Source: Candidatus Zixiibacteriota bacterium
GTDB lineage: Bacteria > Zixibacteria > MSB-5A5 > JAABVY01 > JAHJOQ01
Assembly (NCBI GenBank): GCA_018820315.1
Contig: JAHJOQ010000073.1
Coordinates: forward strand, 13,343 to 77,342
DNA: 64,000 bases
Direction: 5' to 3'
Position 1 is the first letter of the stretch. Every line of letters begins with the position of its first letter. Below the pieces are notes generated by a model. That model made no database searches and had not been told where the DNA came from. It saw nothing but the letters and a program-made list of their open reading frames with translations. The position numbers were made by a program, and so were the translations under genes. Shown here piece after piece: positions 17,602-28,896 of the stretch.

Positions 17602-18537
17602 TTAATCGAAGAGTATTGAAATAGATTCTCTATTGGAAATTCGTCTGATTGCCTCGCCGAAGAGCTGCGCCGTGGACATAACCCTGATCTTAGAACAATC
17701 CTTGCTCTTGTCCTGATCCAGGCTATCGGTAACCCAAAGCTCCTTGATCGGAGAATTCTCTATTTTATCGATGGCGTCGCCTGAGAAGAGACCATGCGTG
17801 CAGCAGGCATATACTTCCGAAGCGCCCCGGCTGATGACCCCTCGGGCGGCATCGGTAAGTGTTCCAGCGGTGTCGCACATGTCATCTCTGATTATCACCG
17901 TCTTGCCCTCGACTTCACCAATGATGTTCAGAACTTCTGACTTGTTATAATCAGGCCGTCTCTTGTCGACTATCGCAAGACCGCAATGCAGTGAATTCGC
18001 GAATGCTCTGACCATCTTGACAGATCCGATATCGGGAGCGAGCATGACGAGATTGTCGAACCTGCGGCTCCTGAATTCATTGAGAAAGACCGGATTTGCG
18101 AACAAATGGTCAGATGGTATATCGAAGAACCCCTGGAGTTGGGGTGCATGAAGATCGAGCGTCACGATCCGGTCGGCGCCGGCAACAGAGATCACATTTG
18201 CGACGAGCTTGGCCGTAATGCCGACTCTTGGACGGTCTTTCCTGTCCTGCCGACCGTAACCGTAATATGGGACGACCGCCGTCACTTTATCCGCCGAAGC
18301 CCTGCGGGCTGTCTCAATAAGCATGAGTAATTCAAGGAGGTTCTCCGCCGGGGGATTGGTTCCCTGGATAATGAAGACATCGTGACCGCGAATGTTCTCG
18401 TTAACCTGGACGCGAAACTCGCCGTCCATAAAATTGGTCGTTTCTGTACTTGTCAGAGAAATGCCCAGATAACCGGCGATTTTCTCAGCCAAAGGCTTGT
18501 TGGATCGACCTGCAATCAGTTTTATGGGTCCCGGCAT
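17602..18537 (-). CDS. prs: Ribose-phosphate pyrophosphokinase (PRPP synthetase)
   Basis: IKLIAGRSNKPLAEKIAGYL...DGEFRVQVNENIRGHDVFIIQ...PYYGYGRQDRK. PRPP-binding loop VIIRDDMCDTAGTL. The ORF-track start at 18624 was moved to the internal ATG (MPGPIKL) to give a canonical length. Confidence 0.9.
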   Translation of the reverse strand: MPGPIKLIAGRSNKPLAEKIAGYLGISLTSTETTNFMDGEFRVQVNENIRGHDVFIIQGTNPPAENLLELLMLIETARRASADKVTAVVPYYGYGRQDRKDRPRVGITAKLVANVISVAGADRIVTLDLHAPQLQGFFDIPSDHLFANPVFLNEFRSRRFDNLVMLAPDIGSVKMVRAFANSLHCGLAIVDKRRPDYNKSEVLNIIGEVEGKTVIIRDDMCDTAGTLTDAARGVISRGASEVYACCTHGLFSGDAIDKIENSPIKELWVTDSLDQDKSKDCSKIRVMSTAQLFGEAIRRISNRESISILFD

Positions 18538-18629
18538 AGTAAAACCACACTCCAGCGTAATCAGTAATTTAGCCCACAAATATACCGAAAATGCGGTGAA
18601 ACGCAACAGAAAAATCGCCTTCATTACCC

Positions 18630-18658
18630 TTGACAGGCATGGCGGCGTAAGTTAATAT
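18630..18658 (+). promoter_or_regulatory. Sigma-70-like promoter TTGACA-17-TAATAT upstream of the S9 peptidase gene
   Basis: TTGACA at 18630-18635, a 17 nt spacer, then TAATAT at 18653-18658. Followed by AGGAGG RBS and a TTG start at 18693. Confidence 0.55.
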
Positions 18659-18692
18659 CAGAACAGAAGAAATCTAACAACAGGAGGTCGGT

Positions 18693-20567
18693 TTGAGGAA
18701 ATTTAGCGTCACCCTGATGATCACCCTAATGCTATCGGCAAATTCTTACTGCATGGATCTTTTCCAGTCTGATTCAGCATTCATTCCGGACATTGAGACG
18801 TTTATGCAGATAGGATGGTCATCGGACGGCAGCATATCTCCGGATGGGAAGATTATACTGTTTATGACCTCGTTTACTGATGCGAATCAGCTCTTCAGGC
18901 TCACACCGGAAGGCTGGCCGTACCAATTGACAACATTCAAGGACGGGATCGATTTCTATTCTCCATCGTACGACTTCAAGTATGCTGTTGTAGGAGCGTC
19001 GGTTGGAGGTAATGAGGATGCCCAACTCTACCTTCTTGACGTGATGACCGGCAGGATTAAGAAGCTCACAGATAGTCCTGAAGTCAGGTACGGAGCTCCG
19101 ATCTGGACACGGGATGGCAGTACCATCTATTTCCGCTCAAACAAAACAAATGGTACGGATTTTCAGGTCTGGAAGATGAATATTCTGGATGGTGAGGAGA
19201 TCCTGGTTCAGGACAAGACTGGATATAATGGTCCAGCAGGTCTGAGCCGGGACGGCAAATATCTCCTGACTTACACCTATACATCAAATGTTGATAACAA
19301 TTACTATCTCTATGATCTTGCGACCAGCGAAGAGAGACTTCTGACCCCGCATGAAGGCGATGCGATGTGCGAATCGTTTTCGCTGACTCCCGATGGCACA
19401 ACGGCCTATATCGTTACAAATGCCAATGAAGATGGAATCGCAAGACTCGCCAAAATGGACATTGCTTCTCTGGAGATAGAGTTCCTTGAAGATAACTCCA
19501 AATGGGAGAACGAAGGTTGCCTGCTTTCTGACGATGGCCGCTACCTGGCGTGGCGTGTAAATGACGAGGGTTATTCAAAACCTTATATCAAAGATATCAA
19601 GACCGGCACGATGCTCCCCACACCTCCACTGGAAGGCATGTTCGGCGACGGTTGGATGTCTGAGGTGAAGAGCCTTCTCTTCTCATTCAATTCTCCGACC
19701 ATGGCGCCCGATTTGTGGCTCTGGGATTGGGAAACGCAGACCTTGAAGCGGATCACGTATTCAACCTATGCCGGGATCGACCCAAGCCTCTTCACCGACC
19801 CCGAACTCATCCACTACGAGTCATTCGACGGGCTTGAAGTACCGGCATTTATCTTCCTGCCCGCGGGTTACAAGGGTGGCGAGATTCCGTTTATCATCGA
19901 TGCCCACGGCGGCCCTGAGGGACAGTATCGACCGAGTTTTGCCCGACATTTCCAATATCTCCTCCTTAACGGCTATGGCATTCTTGCGGTCAATCCTCGC
20001 GGATCCTCGGGATACGGTCGGGATTATATGGCGATGGATGATTACAAGAAGCGCCTGAATTCTATCAAGGACTATGCCTGGGCGGCCAAATGGCTGATCA
20101 AGAACGGCTATACCAGAGAGAGCATGCTCGGCATCAAGGGTGGCTCGTACGGAGGCTATGTCGTGATGGCGTCGCTCACCGAATATCCGAGTCTATACCG
20201 AGCAGGCATCGATAATGTCGGGATCGTGAATTTTGTGACCTTCCTTCAGAATACGAGAGATTACCGCAGAGCAATGCGAGAGTCAGAGTATGGTCCTTTG
20301 TCGGATTCGGCTTTCCTCTCGTCGATCAGTCCTATTCATAAGATGGATAAAGTAAAAGCTGCTCTGATGGTTGTGCATGGCGAAAACGATCCGAGAGTGC
20401 CGGTCGGTGAGGCGAGACAAATAATCGACGCGATGCAGGCCAGGGGAGCGGAAGTCGTCAGTCTGATCTATCCCGACGAAGGGCATGGCATTTCAAAGCT
20501 TTCGAATCGATTGGATTACTATAGACAGATGGTCGATTTCTTTGATAAGTACCTGAAGTCGAAATAG
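18693..20567 (+). CDS. S9-family serine peptidase (prolyl oligopeptidase / acylaminoacyl-peptidase type) with N-terminal beta-propeller
   Basis: Signal peptide. WD40/TolB-like repeats in the N-terminal half. C-terminal alpha/beta-hydrolase with GGSYGG nucleophile motif and VVHGENDPRVP...DEGHG. TTG start with AGGAGG RBS. Confidence 0.85.
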   Translation: MRKFSVTLMITLMLSANSYCMDLFQSDSAFIPDIETFMQIGWSSDGSISPDGKIILFMTSFTDANQLFRLTPEGWPYQLTTFKDGIDFYSPSYDFKYAVVGASVGGNEDAQLYLLDVMTGRIKKLTDSPEVRYGAPIWTRDGSTIYFRSNKTNGTDFQVWKMNILDGEEILVQDKTGYNGPAGLSRDGKYLLTYTYTSNVDNNYYLYDLATSEERLLTPHEGDAMCESFSLTPDGTTAYIVTNANEDGIARLAKMDIASLEIEFLEDNSKWENEGCLLSDDGRYLAWRVNDEGYSKPYIKDIKTGTMLPTPPLEGMFGDGWMSEVKSLLFSFNSPTMAPDLWLWDWETQTLKRITYSTYAGIDPSLFTDPELIHYESFDGLEVPAFIFLPAGYKGGEIPFIIDAHGGPEGQYRPSFARHFQYLLLNGYGILAVNPRGSSGYGRDYMAMDDYKKRLNSIKDYAWAAKWLIKNGYTRESMLGIKGGSYGGYVVMASLTEYPSLYRAGIDNVGIVNFVTFLQNTRDYRRAMRESEYGPLSDSAFLSSISPIHKMDKVKAALMVVHGENDPRVPVGEARQIIDAMQARGAEVVSLIYPDEGHGISKLSNRLDYYRQMVDFFDKYLKSK

Positions 20568-20591
20568 CCGATCCGGCATGAGCCGAGTTTG

Positions 20592-20620
20592 AGGGTGGGA
20601 GCGATCCCGCCCTTTTCTTG
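20592..20620 (+). terminator. Rho-independent terminator after the S9 peptidase gene
   Basis: Stem GGGTGGGA / TCCCGCCC (one G.U wobble) with GCGA loop, followed by TTTTCTTGTGG. Confidence 0.5.
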
Positions 20621-20778
20621 TGGATTTTCTCTGTTTTCGGATGTATTTGATAGAGGAACAGCTGGGGCTGCAGAATCGTATAGAGCAGTGGGCGCAATAC
20701 TTTTGTTGACAGAGAGAAGGTAAGATTGCAATATGTTTAGTAGGTCGACTCGTATACAAGAATGCAGGGAGGTGTTTG

Positions 20779-22068
20779 ATGATAGGTAGGACGCTGGCGT
20801 TAGCCTTGGTATTTCTGATTCTCGCCGCGTCGGTGTTCCCTCTTCCCCCGAAGGCCAAGGAGGTCACCGTCCTTGATATCGATGGTGCCATCGGACCGAT
20901 TGCGGTGAAGATGATTAAGAAAGCTATCAAGGTGGCTGAGGATTCAGGTTCTGAGGCGCTGGTGATTCGCCTCAACACGCCCGGAGGGCTAACCAACTCG
21001 ACCTGGAAGATCACAACTGCCATATTGAGCGCCGATGTGCCGGTGATCGTCTATGTCTGGCCGCCCGGGGCGAGGGCTGGTTCAGCGGGTGTGTTCATCA
21101 CGTATTCTGCGCATATAGCGGCAATGTCATCCGGCACCAACATTGGAGCAGCGACACCGATCCAGATGGAAGGAGAGATGGACTCGACGTTGGCGAAGAA
21201 GGTGACGAATGATGCCGTGGCCAATCTTCAATCCATCGCCGAGAAGCGAGGGCGCAATCAGGAGTGGATTGAGAGAGCAATCAGGGACGGTGAATCCATC
21301 ACGGCAAGCGTTGCGCTGGACTCGAATGTTGTCGACCTGCTCGCGGAGGATATCTCTGAACTGTTGTTCAAAGTTGATGGAATGGAAGTTGCCCTGCACA
21401 GTGGAGATACCGTGACATTGTCTACGAAAGCGGCTGTGACGGTCAAAGTGGAGAAGAGCTTCTCGGAGAGGATACTTGAAGTGATATCTGATCCTAATAT
21501 AGCTTTCATTCTCTTCACTCTCGGATCGCTCGGCCTTGTCATGGAGCTGTACAATCCAGGCGCGATCGTACCGGGTGTTGTGGGGGGCATCTGCATCATT
21601 CTGGCATTCTTCTCATTCCAGACACTTCCGATCAACTACTCCGGCATTGCGCTGATTATCTTTGCTATCATACTCTTCCTGCTTGAGATAAAAGTCCCAT
21701 CGTATGGGATTCTCTCGATTGGTGGTGTTGTCTCGCTGGCTCTCGGAGGATTATTCCTGATAGATTCTCCGGGCCCGTATATGGAAGTCTCGAAAGGAGT
21801 GATATTCTCTGTCGTAGCCGTCACTGCTGCATTCTTCATGATTGCAATTCGGTATGTATTTAAGGCGCACCGAAGGCAGGTAACGACCGGAGGAGAAGGA
21901 CTCATCGGTCTGACGGCAGAAGTCAAGGAGAGGATAGATGCAGAGGGATTGGTCTATGTCTCCGGTGCCCTGTGGAAAGCTGTCAGCGATGAGCCGCTTG
22001 AAGTCGGAACCAAGGTAGAGGTCGTCAGCGTGGACGGTCTGATCGTTAAGGTCAAAAGGAAAGCATAA
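20779..22068 (+). CDS. NfeD-family membrane-bound serine protease (ClpP-class)
   Basis: Signal/anchor. ClpP-like segment VLDIDGAIGPIAV...VIRLNTPGG...VIVYVWPPGARAGSAGVFI. Multiple TM helices, then a C-terminal OB-fold beta domain. Immediately followed by a stomatin-like gene, which is the classic pairing. Confidence 0.85.
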   Translation: MIGRTLALALVFLILAASVFPLPPKAKEVTVLDIDGAIGPIAVKMIKKAIKVAEDSGSEALVIRLNTPGGLTNSTWKITTAILSADVPVIVYVWPPGARAGSAGVFITYSAHIAAMSSGTNIGAATPIQMEGEMDSTLAKKVTNDAVANLQSIAEKRGRNQEWIERAIRDGESITASVALDSNVVDLLAEDISELLFKVDGMEVALHSGDTVTLSTKAAVTVKVEKSFSERILEVISDPNIAFILFTLGSLGLVMELYNPGAIVPGVVGGICIILAFFSFQTLPINYSGIALIIFAIILFLLEIKVPSYGILSIGGVVSLALGGLFLIDSPGPYMEVSKGVIFSVVAVTAAFFMIAIRYVFKAHRRQVTTGGEGLIGLTAEVKERIDAEGLVYVSGALWKAVSDEPLEVGTKVEVVSVDGLIVKVKRKA

Positions 22069-22083
22069 AGAAGGAGGGATCGA

Positions 22084-22830
22084 ATGATTTCGACATATGG
22101 AATAACAATCGTCGTACTCGCTCTGTTCATACTTGCCAATGCGGTAAGAATACTAAAAGAGTATGAACGCGGAGTGGTCTTCAGGCTCGGTCGTGTGATC
22201 GGAACCAAGGGACCCGGGCTGATTCTTCTGATACCGATCGTCGATAAGATGGTGAGGGTGTCGTTGAGAACTGTCACAATGGATGTTCCGCCACAGGATG
22301 TGATAACCAAGGACAACGTGACGGTAAAAGTCAACGCTGTGATCTATTTCTCCGTAATGGATGCAAACAAGGCTATCATCGCAGTCGAGGATTTTCTCTA
22401 TGCTACTTCACAGATAGCACAGACGACGCTTCGGTCGGTATTGGGCGAAGTCGAGCTGGACGATCTCCTGTCGAAACGCGAGGATATCAATCAGAAGCTG
22501 CAGCACATCATCGATGAACAGACCGAGCCATGGGGTATCAAGGTGTCTGTTGTTGAGGTTAAGAATGTCGATCTGCCACTCGAGATGCAACGTGCAATCG
22601 CTCGTCAGGCTGAGGCAGAGCGTGAGAGAAGAGCCAAAGTCATCCATGCTGAGGGTGAATTTCAGGCGGCCCAGAAGCTTGCAGATGCGGCTGGCATCAT
22701 CTCCACGCAGCAGGGTGCGTTGCAGTTGAGGTATTTGCAGACCCTGACGGAGATTTCGAGCGAGAGGAACTCTACGCTGATTTTCCCGCTCCCGATTGAG
22801 ATGCTGGGCGGCATGCTTAAGCGAGATTAG
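22084..22830 (+). CDS. SPFH/band-7 (stomatin/prohibitin-like) membrane protein
   Basis: N-terminal TM. SPFH core: [21 protein letters not shown]...[22 protein letters not shown] coiled-coil EAERERRAK follows. Confidence 0.85.
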   Translation: MISTYGITIVVLALFILANAVRILKEYERGVVFRLGRVIGTKGPGLILLIPIVDKMVRVSLRTVTMDVPPQDVITKDNVTVKVNAVIYFSVMDANKAIIAVEDFLYATSQIAQTTLRSVLGEVELDDLLSKREDINQKLQHIIDEQTEPWGIKVSVVEVKNVDLPLEMQRAIARQAEAERERRAKVIHAEGEFQAAQKLADAAGIISTQQGALQLRYLQTLTEISSERNSTLIFPLPIEMLGGMLKRD

Positions 22831-23119
22831 AGTCCTAAGATAGCCGCTGCTATTTCAGTACGGCATCTCCAGGTTCTGACATGCTGAGCGCAGTGAACAG
22901 CGATCGCCAGTCTTTGCCTCAGCTGCCGGGAACTCTTGGCAAATGGCCGTGTTACGCGAGTCATTGGTTGGGAACTGTCTCAACAGACTTGTGGATTGTG
23001 AGTCTTCAGGGGCTGCAGACAACTCACTATCATGGATATATTTGGTTCCAGATTTATGTTGACAGAGCCGATATCAAGATAGTATTCGTGATCTTTGCAT
23101 TTTGAAAGGAGTTTCTTGT

Positions 23120-24445
23120 ATGTCGCTGACGAATGAAGATATCCTGAGGAAGATCCGAGACAACGGCGTGAAATACATTCGCCTCTGGTTTACCGACATC
23201 CTTGGTCAGTTGAAGGGCATGTCTATTACATTAAGTGAGATAGAAAACGTTCTCGAAAGCGGCCAGGGTTTCGATGGTTCGTCTATCGAGGGCTTTGTCC
23301 GCATCGAGGAATCTGACCTCATGGCCTGGCCCGACCTTGATACGTTTACGATCTTCCCGTGGGATCTCGGTGGCGAAAAAGTAGCAATGATGTTCTGCGA
23401 CATCAAGAACCCCGACGGGACTCCCTACGATGGTGATCCTCGCTACTGTCTGCGGCGGAATTTGGAAGCTGCAACAGAGCAGGGGCTGACTTTCTACACT
23501 GGTCCGGAGTTGGAGTACTTCTATTTCAAGAACAGCGAGAATCCCGAGACAATGGACAAGGGTGGCTACTTCGATTTCTCTACTGTCGATGAGGGCGTTC
23601 GTCTTAGGAAGAAGACCGTGAATTTTCTTGAGCTGATGGGTGTTCCTGTCGAATGTTCCCACCACGAAGTTGCGCACAGCCAGCACGAAATCGATCTGCA
23701 ATATCAGTCTGCGCTTCGCATGGCAGACTGTGTCCAGATATATCGCCTGATCGTCAAAGAGGTCGCCCAGCACGCAGGTTATTATGCAACGTTTATGCCA
23801 AAGCCGATACTGGGTCAGAACGGTAGCGGCATGCATGTTCACCAGTCGCTTTTCAAAGGCGATAAGAACATCTTTTTCTCGCAGGAGAACGAGTACAATC
23901 TGTCGGCTGAGGCAAAGCACTATATCGCCGGCTTGCTCAAGCATGTAAAAGAATTCACTCTCATAACGAATCAGTGGGTTAACTCATACAAGCGACTCGT
24001 TCCGGGATTCGAAGCTCCGTGTTATGTGTCGTGGGGGCGGCGTAACAGATCGTCGCTGGTAAGAGTGCCAATGTATCGGGTCGGCAAAGAGAAGGCGACA
24101 AGAATCGAACTTCGATCTGCCGATCCTGCGTGCAATCCATATCTTGCGTTTTCGGTTATGCTGGCTGCGGGACTTAAGGGCATCAACGAGAAGTACGCGA
24201 TTCCGGCACCGGTTGAAGACAACATCTTTCATGTAGAGCCGGGCGACTTCAAGAAGAGAGAAATAGACGTGCTGCCGAATAGTCTCGAAAATGCGATCAG
24301 GGAGACTGAAAACTCTAAGCTCGTGCGCGAGACTCTTGGGGAGCACATTTTCGGCTCATTGATTGCCAACAAGCAAGTGGAATGGGACAGCTACCGGGTA
24401 CACGTTTCCCGGTACGAACTTGACAAATATCTGCCAATGCTGTAA
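23120..24445 (+). CDS. glnA: Glutamine synthetase (type I, short about 442 aa form)
   Basis: N-terminal beta-grasp IRLWFTDILGQLKG. Catalytic-domain motifs SGMHVHQSLF and NPYLAFSVMLAAG, with the ATP-binding region. AAGGAG RBS 8 nt upstream of ATG 23120. Confidence 0.9.
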   Translation: MSLTNEDILRKIRDNGVKYIRLWFTDILGQLKGMSITLSEIENVLESGQGFDGSSIEGFVRIEESDLMAWPDLDTFTIFPWDLGGEKVAMMFCDIKNPDGTPYDGDPRYCLRRNLEAATEQGLTFYTGPELEYFYFKNSENPETMDKGGYFDFSTVDEGVRLRKKTVNFLELMGVPVECSHHEVAHSQHEIDLQYQSALRMADCVQIYRLIVKEVAQHAGYYATFMPKPILGQNGSGMHVHQSLFKGDKNIFFSQENEYNLSAEAKHYIAGLLKHVKEFTLITNQWVNSYKRLVPGFEAPCYVSWGRRNRSSLVRVPMYRVGKEKATRIELRSADPACNPYLAFSVMLAAGLKGINEKYAIPAPVEDNIFHVEPGDFKKREIDVLPNSLENAIRETENSKLVRETLGEHIFGSLIANKQVEWDSYRVHVSRYELDKYLPML

Positions 24446-24454
24446 ACTCACTGG

Positions 24455-25909
24455 ATGAATATCCAGCGTGCCTCGGCTGAGGAAATCCACCGGAGGACGG
24501 TTTGCGGCGAGCTTGATCCGATCGAAACTGCCGAAATCTTCTCGGATTCTGCACAGCGCTCGCAGGCTAACCTTAATAGTTTCATTGCGTTAACGCCATA
24601 CCTAGCCCTCAGGTCTGCGGAAGAAGTGAAATCTCGCCTGGAGAAACGCGAATCCCTCGGCAGCCTTGCCGGTGTTCCGGTGGCTGTCAAAGATAACATC
24701 TGTCTCGAAGGATACCCCACAACTTGCGCTTCGCGCATTCTCGCCGATTTCAGGCCGCCATACAATGCCACAGTGGTCGAAAAGCTAATTGATGCGGGAG
24801 CACTGATTATAGGAAAGACGAATCTCGATGAGTTCGCGATGGGCTCTACCACCGAGAGCAGTTACTTCGGATCGGCAAAGAATCCCCTGAATTCAGAGTA
24901 TTCACCCGGCGGATCATCGGGGGGCTCCGCTTCTGCGGTTGCTTCCTTTCATGTGGCGGTAGCGCTCGGGTCAGATACAGGCGGTTCGATTCGCCAGCCA
25001 GCCTCGTTGACAGGGATCGTCGGCCTTAAGCCGACATACGGCGCTGTATCGCGCTACGGCCTCATCGCCTATGCATCTTCTTTCGATCAAATCGGTCCAT
25101 TCGCGAGAAATGTCAGAGATACTGCAATGCTGTACGCTGCAATTGCAGGGCGCGATCGACGAGACTCGACATCTGTTGACAACGATACAACCAACTTGAT
25201 GTCCGCCATCGATCAATTCAAGCCGGTGCGGATCGGCGTTCCGAGAGAATACTTCGGAGAAGGGCTTGATGATGATGTCGGCAGAGCAGTTGGCAGCGCT
25301 CTCGAAACGGCGAAGTCAATCGGCTGTGAGATTGTGGATTTGTCGATGCCAATCCTCGACAAAGCGATTGCGGCATACTACGTGATTGCGACCGCAGAGG
25401 CTTCATCCAACCTGGCCAGATACGACGGTGTGCAGTTCGGACAGAGGTCCCCGCGTGCGGCCGCTATGCAGGAGATGTATTCGAACACGAGATCCGAGGG
25501 TTTTGGTGACGAGGTCAAGCGGAGAATCATGCTCGGTACGTATGTGTTGTCGTCAGGTTACTACGAAGAATACTATCAGAAGGCAATGCAGGTGAGGGAG
25601 ATCATTAGGCGTGATATTATGCATGCATTTGACAAAGCAGATGTCATAGTCACTCCGACATCGCCTACAGCGGGGATCAGGCTTGGCGAGAAGATTGACA
25701 ATCCCCTGTCAATGTACCTCGCAGACGTCTACACAGTGATAGCAAATCTCACCGGGACATGTGCGATGTCAATACCGTGCGGTCATGGAGCGTTCGGCCT
25801 CCCAATCGGTGTTCAGGTAATCGGAAAGCATTTCGACGAGATGAATCTTTTCAGATTAGCGCACCGACTTGAGTCGGCGCTCGATTTTCGGGCGGGTGAG
25901 GATGACTGA
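24455..25909 (+). CDS. gatA: Glu-tRNA(Gln)/Asp-tRNA(Asn) amidotransferase subunit A (amidase signature family)
   Basis: Amidase signature [22 protein letters not shown] and [11 protein letters not shown] motifs. Confidence 0.9.
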   Translation: MNIQRASAEEIHRRTVCGELDPIETAEIFSDSAQRSQANLNSFIALTPYLALRSAEEVKSRLEKRESLGSLAGVPVAVKDNICLEGYPTTCASRILADFRPPYNATVVEKLIDAGALIIGKTNLDEFAMGSTTESSYFGSAKNPLNSEYSPGGSSGGSASAVASFHVAVALGSDTGGSIRQPASLTGIVGLKPTYGAVSRYGLIAYASSFDQIGPFARNVRDTAMLYAAIAGRDRRDSTSVDNDTTNLMSAIDQFKPVRIGVPREYFGEGLDDDVGRAVGSALETAKSIGCEIVDLSMPILDKAIAAYYVIATAEASSNLARYDGVQFGQRSPRAAAMQEMYSNTRSEGFGDEVKRRIMLGTYVLSSGYYEEYYQKAMQVREIIRRDIMHAFDKADVIVTPTSPTAGIRLGEKIDNPLSMYLADVYTVIANLTGTCAMSIPCGHGAFGLPIGVQVIGKHFDEMNLFRLAHRLESALDFRAGEDD

Positions 25910-27356
25910 AGTGCATCGATACGAATCTGTGATTGGTCTCGAGGTACATGCTCAGCTCGAAACCAGATCGAAGTTGTTCTGCGGCTGTGCGTCTGCTTAC
26001 GGTTCACCTGCCAACACACAGGTTTGTCCCGTCTGCCTCGGGCTTCCGGGCGCATTGCCAGTACTCAACGAGGCTGCTGTGGATTCTGCTATCAAGATGA
26101 TACTCGCCTGCGGAGGACAGATCAGCGCCAGGTCAGTCTTTGCACGAAAGAACTACTTCTATCCGGATCTTCCCAAAGGCTATCAGATTTCGCAGTTTGA
26201 CGAGCCTATCGGAGTGGGTGGAGCGATAGTGTTCGATCTCGATGGCGAGACGCATCGTATCGGCTTGACCCGGATTCATTTGGAAGAGGATGCCGGTAAG
26301 TCTGTCCATCCAACCGAGGTTTCCGGCGATGCTATGTCCCTGATCGATATGAATCGCTGCGGTGTGCCGCTGCTTGAGATCGTATCGAAGCCGGGAATTC
26401 GCAGTCCGGAGGAGGCGTACGCGTATCTTTCACGACTCAGACAAATAGTCCAGTATCTTGGAATCTGCTCGGGCGATATGGAAAAAGGTGCTCTGAGGTG
26501 CGATGCTAATGTCTCTGTCCGGTTGAGAGACATTGATGAGTACGGGACGAGAACGGAGTTGAAAAACCTCAATTCATTCAGGGGCGTCGAGCGGGGACTT
26601 AAGTATGAGATAGACCGCCAGATAGAAATCTTGGAATTAGGCGGCAGTGTGGTTCAGGAGACGAGGCTTTGGGATGAGGACCGAAATATCAGTGTTTCCA
26701 TGCGTTCCAAGGAGGAATCACACGATTATCGCTATTTCCGGGAACCGGACCTTGTCGATCTCGCTATCTCCGATGAGTGGGTTTCGGCCGTTGCAGATTC
26801 GCTCCCGGAACTGCCGCACGAGACGTATATCAGGTTCATGAGCGAATATTCACTCCCCCGATATGACGCAGAAGTATTGACAATGAGCCGCGAGTTAGCT
26901 AATTATGTTACTGAGGCGATGCGGTTCTTCCCCGACCCGAAGAAGGTCTCAAACTGGACCATGACCGAGGTGCTCGGAGTCCTGAAGGATTTGGGGATCG
27001 GTATCGACAAGTTCCCGGTGTCTCCGGCTCAGGTCGGTGAGTTGCTGAAGGCTGTTGATGATGGTCTGATTTCCGGCAAGATCGCAAAGGATGTATTTCG
27101 GCAGATGGCGGAGACGGGCGAATCGCCGTTGGTCATCATAAACAGGGAAGGTCTGCGGCAGATTAATGATGAGGATATGCTTGATGCCGTGATCACTGAG
27201 TTGCTTGCATGCAGCCGTGAGAATGTCGAAGCCTACCGCGGAGGCAGGAAGCAGATATTCAGCTTCCTCATTGGCGAGATAATGAAAGCAACAAATGGAC
27301 GGGCAAATCCGGATATTGCGAACAGATTGCTCAAGAGGAGACTTGATGAGAGGTAA
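25902..27356 (+). CDS. gatB: Glu-tRNA(Gln)/Asp-tRNA(Asn) amidotransferase subunit B
   Basis: [23 protein letters not shown]...[18 protein letters not shown] at 25902 overlaps the gatA stop (ATGACTGA). Confidence 0.9.
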   Translation: MTEVHRYESVIGLEVHAQLETRSKLFCGCASAYGSPANTQVCPVCLGLPGALPVLNEAAVDSAIKMILACGGQISARSVFARKNYFYPDLPKGYQISQFDEPIGVGGAIVFDLDGETHRIGLTRIHLEEDAGKSVHPTEVSGDAMSLIDMNRCGVPLLEIVSKPGIRSPEEAYAYLSRLRQIVQYLGICSGDMEKGALRCDANVSVRLRDIDEYGTRTELKNLNSFRGVERGLKYEIDRQIEILELGGSVVQETRLWDEDRNISVSMRSKEESHDYRYFREPDLVDLAISDEWVSAVADSLPELPHETYIRFMSEYSLPRYDAEVLTMSRELANYVTEAMRFFPDPKKVSNWTMTEVLGVLKDLGIGIDKFPVSPAQVGELLKAVDDGLISGKIAKDVFRQMAETGESPLVIINREGLRQINDEDMLDAVITELLACSRENVEAYRGGRKQIFSFLIGEIMKATNGRANPDIANRLLKRRLDER

Positions 27357-27960
27357 AATACGGGTGGCCGTCTTCATCTCGGGAGGGGGAACGAACCTCC
27401 AGTCCCTGATCGATAGCAGTCAGGCTGAAGGCTTTCCGGCTGAGATCGCCTTCGTATTGTCGAGCAATGAGGATGCATACGGTTTAGAGCGTGCTCGGAA
27501 GCATTCGATACCGACTGGAGTCATCCGGCGAAAAGACTTCGAATCAAGCGATGAATTCTCCAATGCAATCATGGATGCTCTCGAAGCTCATCGAATCGAT
27601 GTCATCTGTCTTGCGGGTTACATGAAGCTGATCCCGGCGAAAGTTATTCGGCATTTCAGGGATCGTATCCTTAACATACACCCGGCACTGCTCCCCAAAT
27701 TCGGCGGCAAGGGTATGTATGGCATGCGGGTGCACGGAGCGGTGATTGCGGCTGGGGAGACCGAGTCGGGACCAACTGCCCATTTGGTTGACGAGATTTA
27801 CGACCACGGTGATATTGTAATGCAGATGAGAGTCCCAGTGCTGCCGGGTGACACGCCGGAGGACTTGCAGAAGCGCGTGCTCGAGGCCGAACACAAGCTC
27901 TACCCGGAAGCGCTGAGAGCACTTGCAGAGAAGATAATCTCAGAGGAAAAGAGGAAATAA
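27346..27960 (+). CDS. purN: Phosphoribosylglycinamide formyltransferase
   Basis: [11 protein letters not shown]...[11 protein letters not shown]...[18 protein letters not shown]...[13 protein letters not shown]. The start overlaps the gatB stop by 11 nt. Confidence 0.88.
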   Translation: MRGKIRVAVFISGGGTNLQSLIDSSQAEGFPAEIAFVLSSNEDAYGLERARKHSIPTGVIRRKDFESSDEFSNAIMDALEAHRIDVICLAGYMKLIPAKVIRHFRDRILNIHPALLPKFGGKGMYGMRVHGAVIAAGETESGPTAHLVDEIYDHGDIVMQMRVPVLPGDTPEDLQKRVLEAEHKLYPEALRALAEKIISEEKRK

Positions 27961-28872
27961 ATGAAGATGACTGATCAGATATGGGAGTTTGAGATATCTG
28001 AATATCCGAAGTATGCCCGGGGCAAAGTGAGGGAGATATACGATCTCGATGACAAGCTGCTGTTCATCGCAAGCGACCGCCTTTCGGCATTCGATGTCGT
28101 CCTGCCAACTCCGATTCCCGGCAAAGGCAAAGTACTTACCGCGATGTCCGTTTTCTGGTTCGATTACCTGCGAGACGTCGTGCCGAACCACTTCGTGACT
28201 GCGAACGTCGATGAGTATCCAGAGCCGCTACAGAAGTATCGTCAGATGCTCGATGGTCGCTCGATGCTGGTCACGAAGTGTCAGCGACTCGATGTAGAAT
28301 GCATCGTCAGAGGATATATCACCGGCTCTCTGTTTAAAGAATATATGACCGAGCAGGATGATTCATTCAGCGGGGAAGTGGTGGTCAACGGGATTTCCTT
28401 TCCTGATGACCTCAGGGAGTCACAGAAACTCCCCGCTGCGATCTTCACGCCATCCACGAAGGCTGACAGCGGACATGATGAGAATATCTCGTTTGAGGAC
28501 ATGGTGCGTACAACCGGCACAGACGTGGGCGAAAAGCTGCGCCAGGTTTCGATTGATCTCTACACCAAAGCCTCTGACTATGCCCGGTCACGTGGGATAA
28601 TAATTGCCGACACCAAATTCGAGTTTGGATTCAAAGCTGGCGAGCTTATCCTGATCGACGAAGTGCTTTCGCCGGATTCGTCGCGGTTCTGGCCCGCTGA
28701 CGAGTACGAAGTGGGAAGATCTCAGCGGAGTTTCGACAAGCAGTATGTGCGTGATTGGCTGAATAGTGCGCATTGGGATAAGACGCCTCCTGGTCCGGCG
28801 CTTCCTGATGATGTAATCAGGAAGACATCTGAAATCTACACGCGCGCACTTGAAATTCTGACCAGACGGTAA
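27961..28872 (+). CDS. purC: Phosphoribosylaminoimidazole-succinocarboxamide (SAICAR) synthase
   Basis: KVREIYDLDDKLLFIASDRLSAFDVVLP...IADTKFEFG. The start codon immediately follows the purN stop. Confidence 0.88.
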   Translation: MKMTDQIWEFEISEYPKYARGKVREIYDLDDKLLFIASDRLSAFDVVLPTPIPGKGKVLTAMSVFWFDYLRDVVPNHFVTANVDEYPEPLQKYRQMLDGRSMLVTKCQRLDVECIVRGYITGSLFKEYMTEQDDSFSGEVVVNGISFPDDLRESQKLPAAIFTPSTKADSGHDENISFEDMVRTTGTDVGEKLRQVSIDLYTKASDYARSRGIIIADTKFEFGFKAGELILIDEVLSPDSSRFWPADEYEVGRSQRSFDKQYVRDWLNSAHWDKTPPGPALPDDVIRKTSEIYTRALEILTRR

Positions 28873-28896
28873 ACCGTTTGCAATTGAGAGGTAGGC

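Noticed and set aside
22831-23119. Sigma-54 (NtrC-dependent) promoter upstream of glnA
   Set aside because: The TGGCAA...GTGTTA and TGGTTC-N5-TTATG segments deviate substantially from TGGCAC-N5-TTGCW. A sigma-70-like TTGACA-N16/17-(T)AGTAT element is a better fit but is itself weak.
23231-23944. 237 aa antisense ORF opposite glnA
   Set aside because: glnA motifs are unambiguous on the + strand, so this is a spurious shadow ORF.
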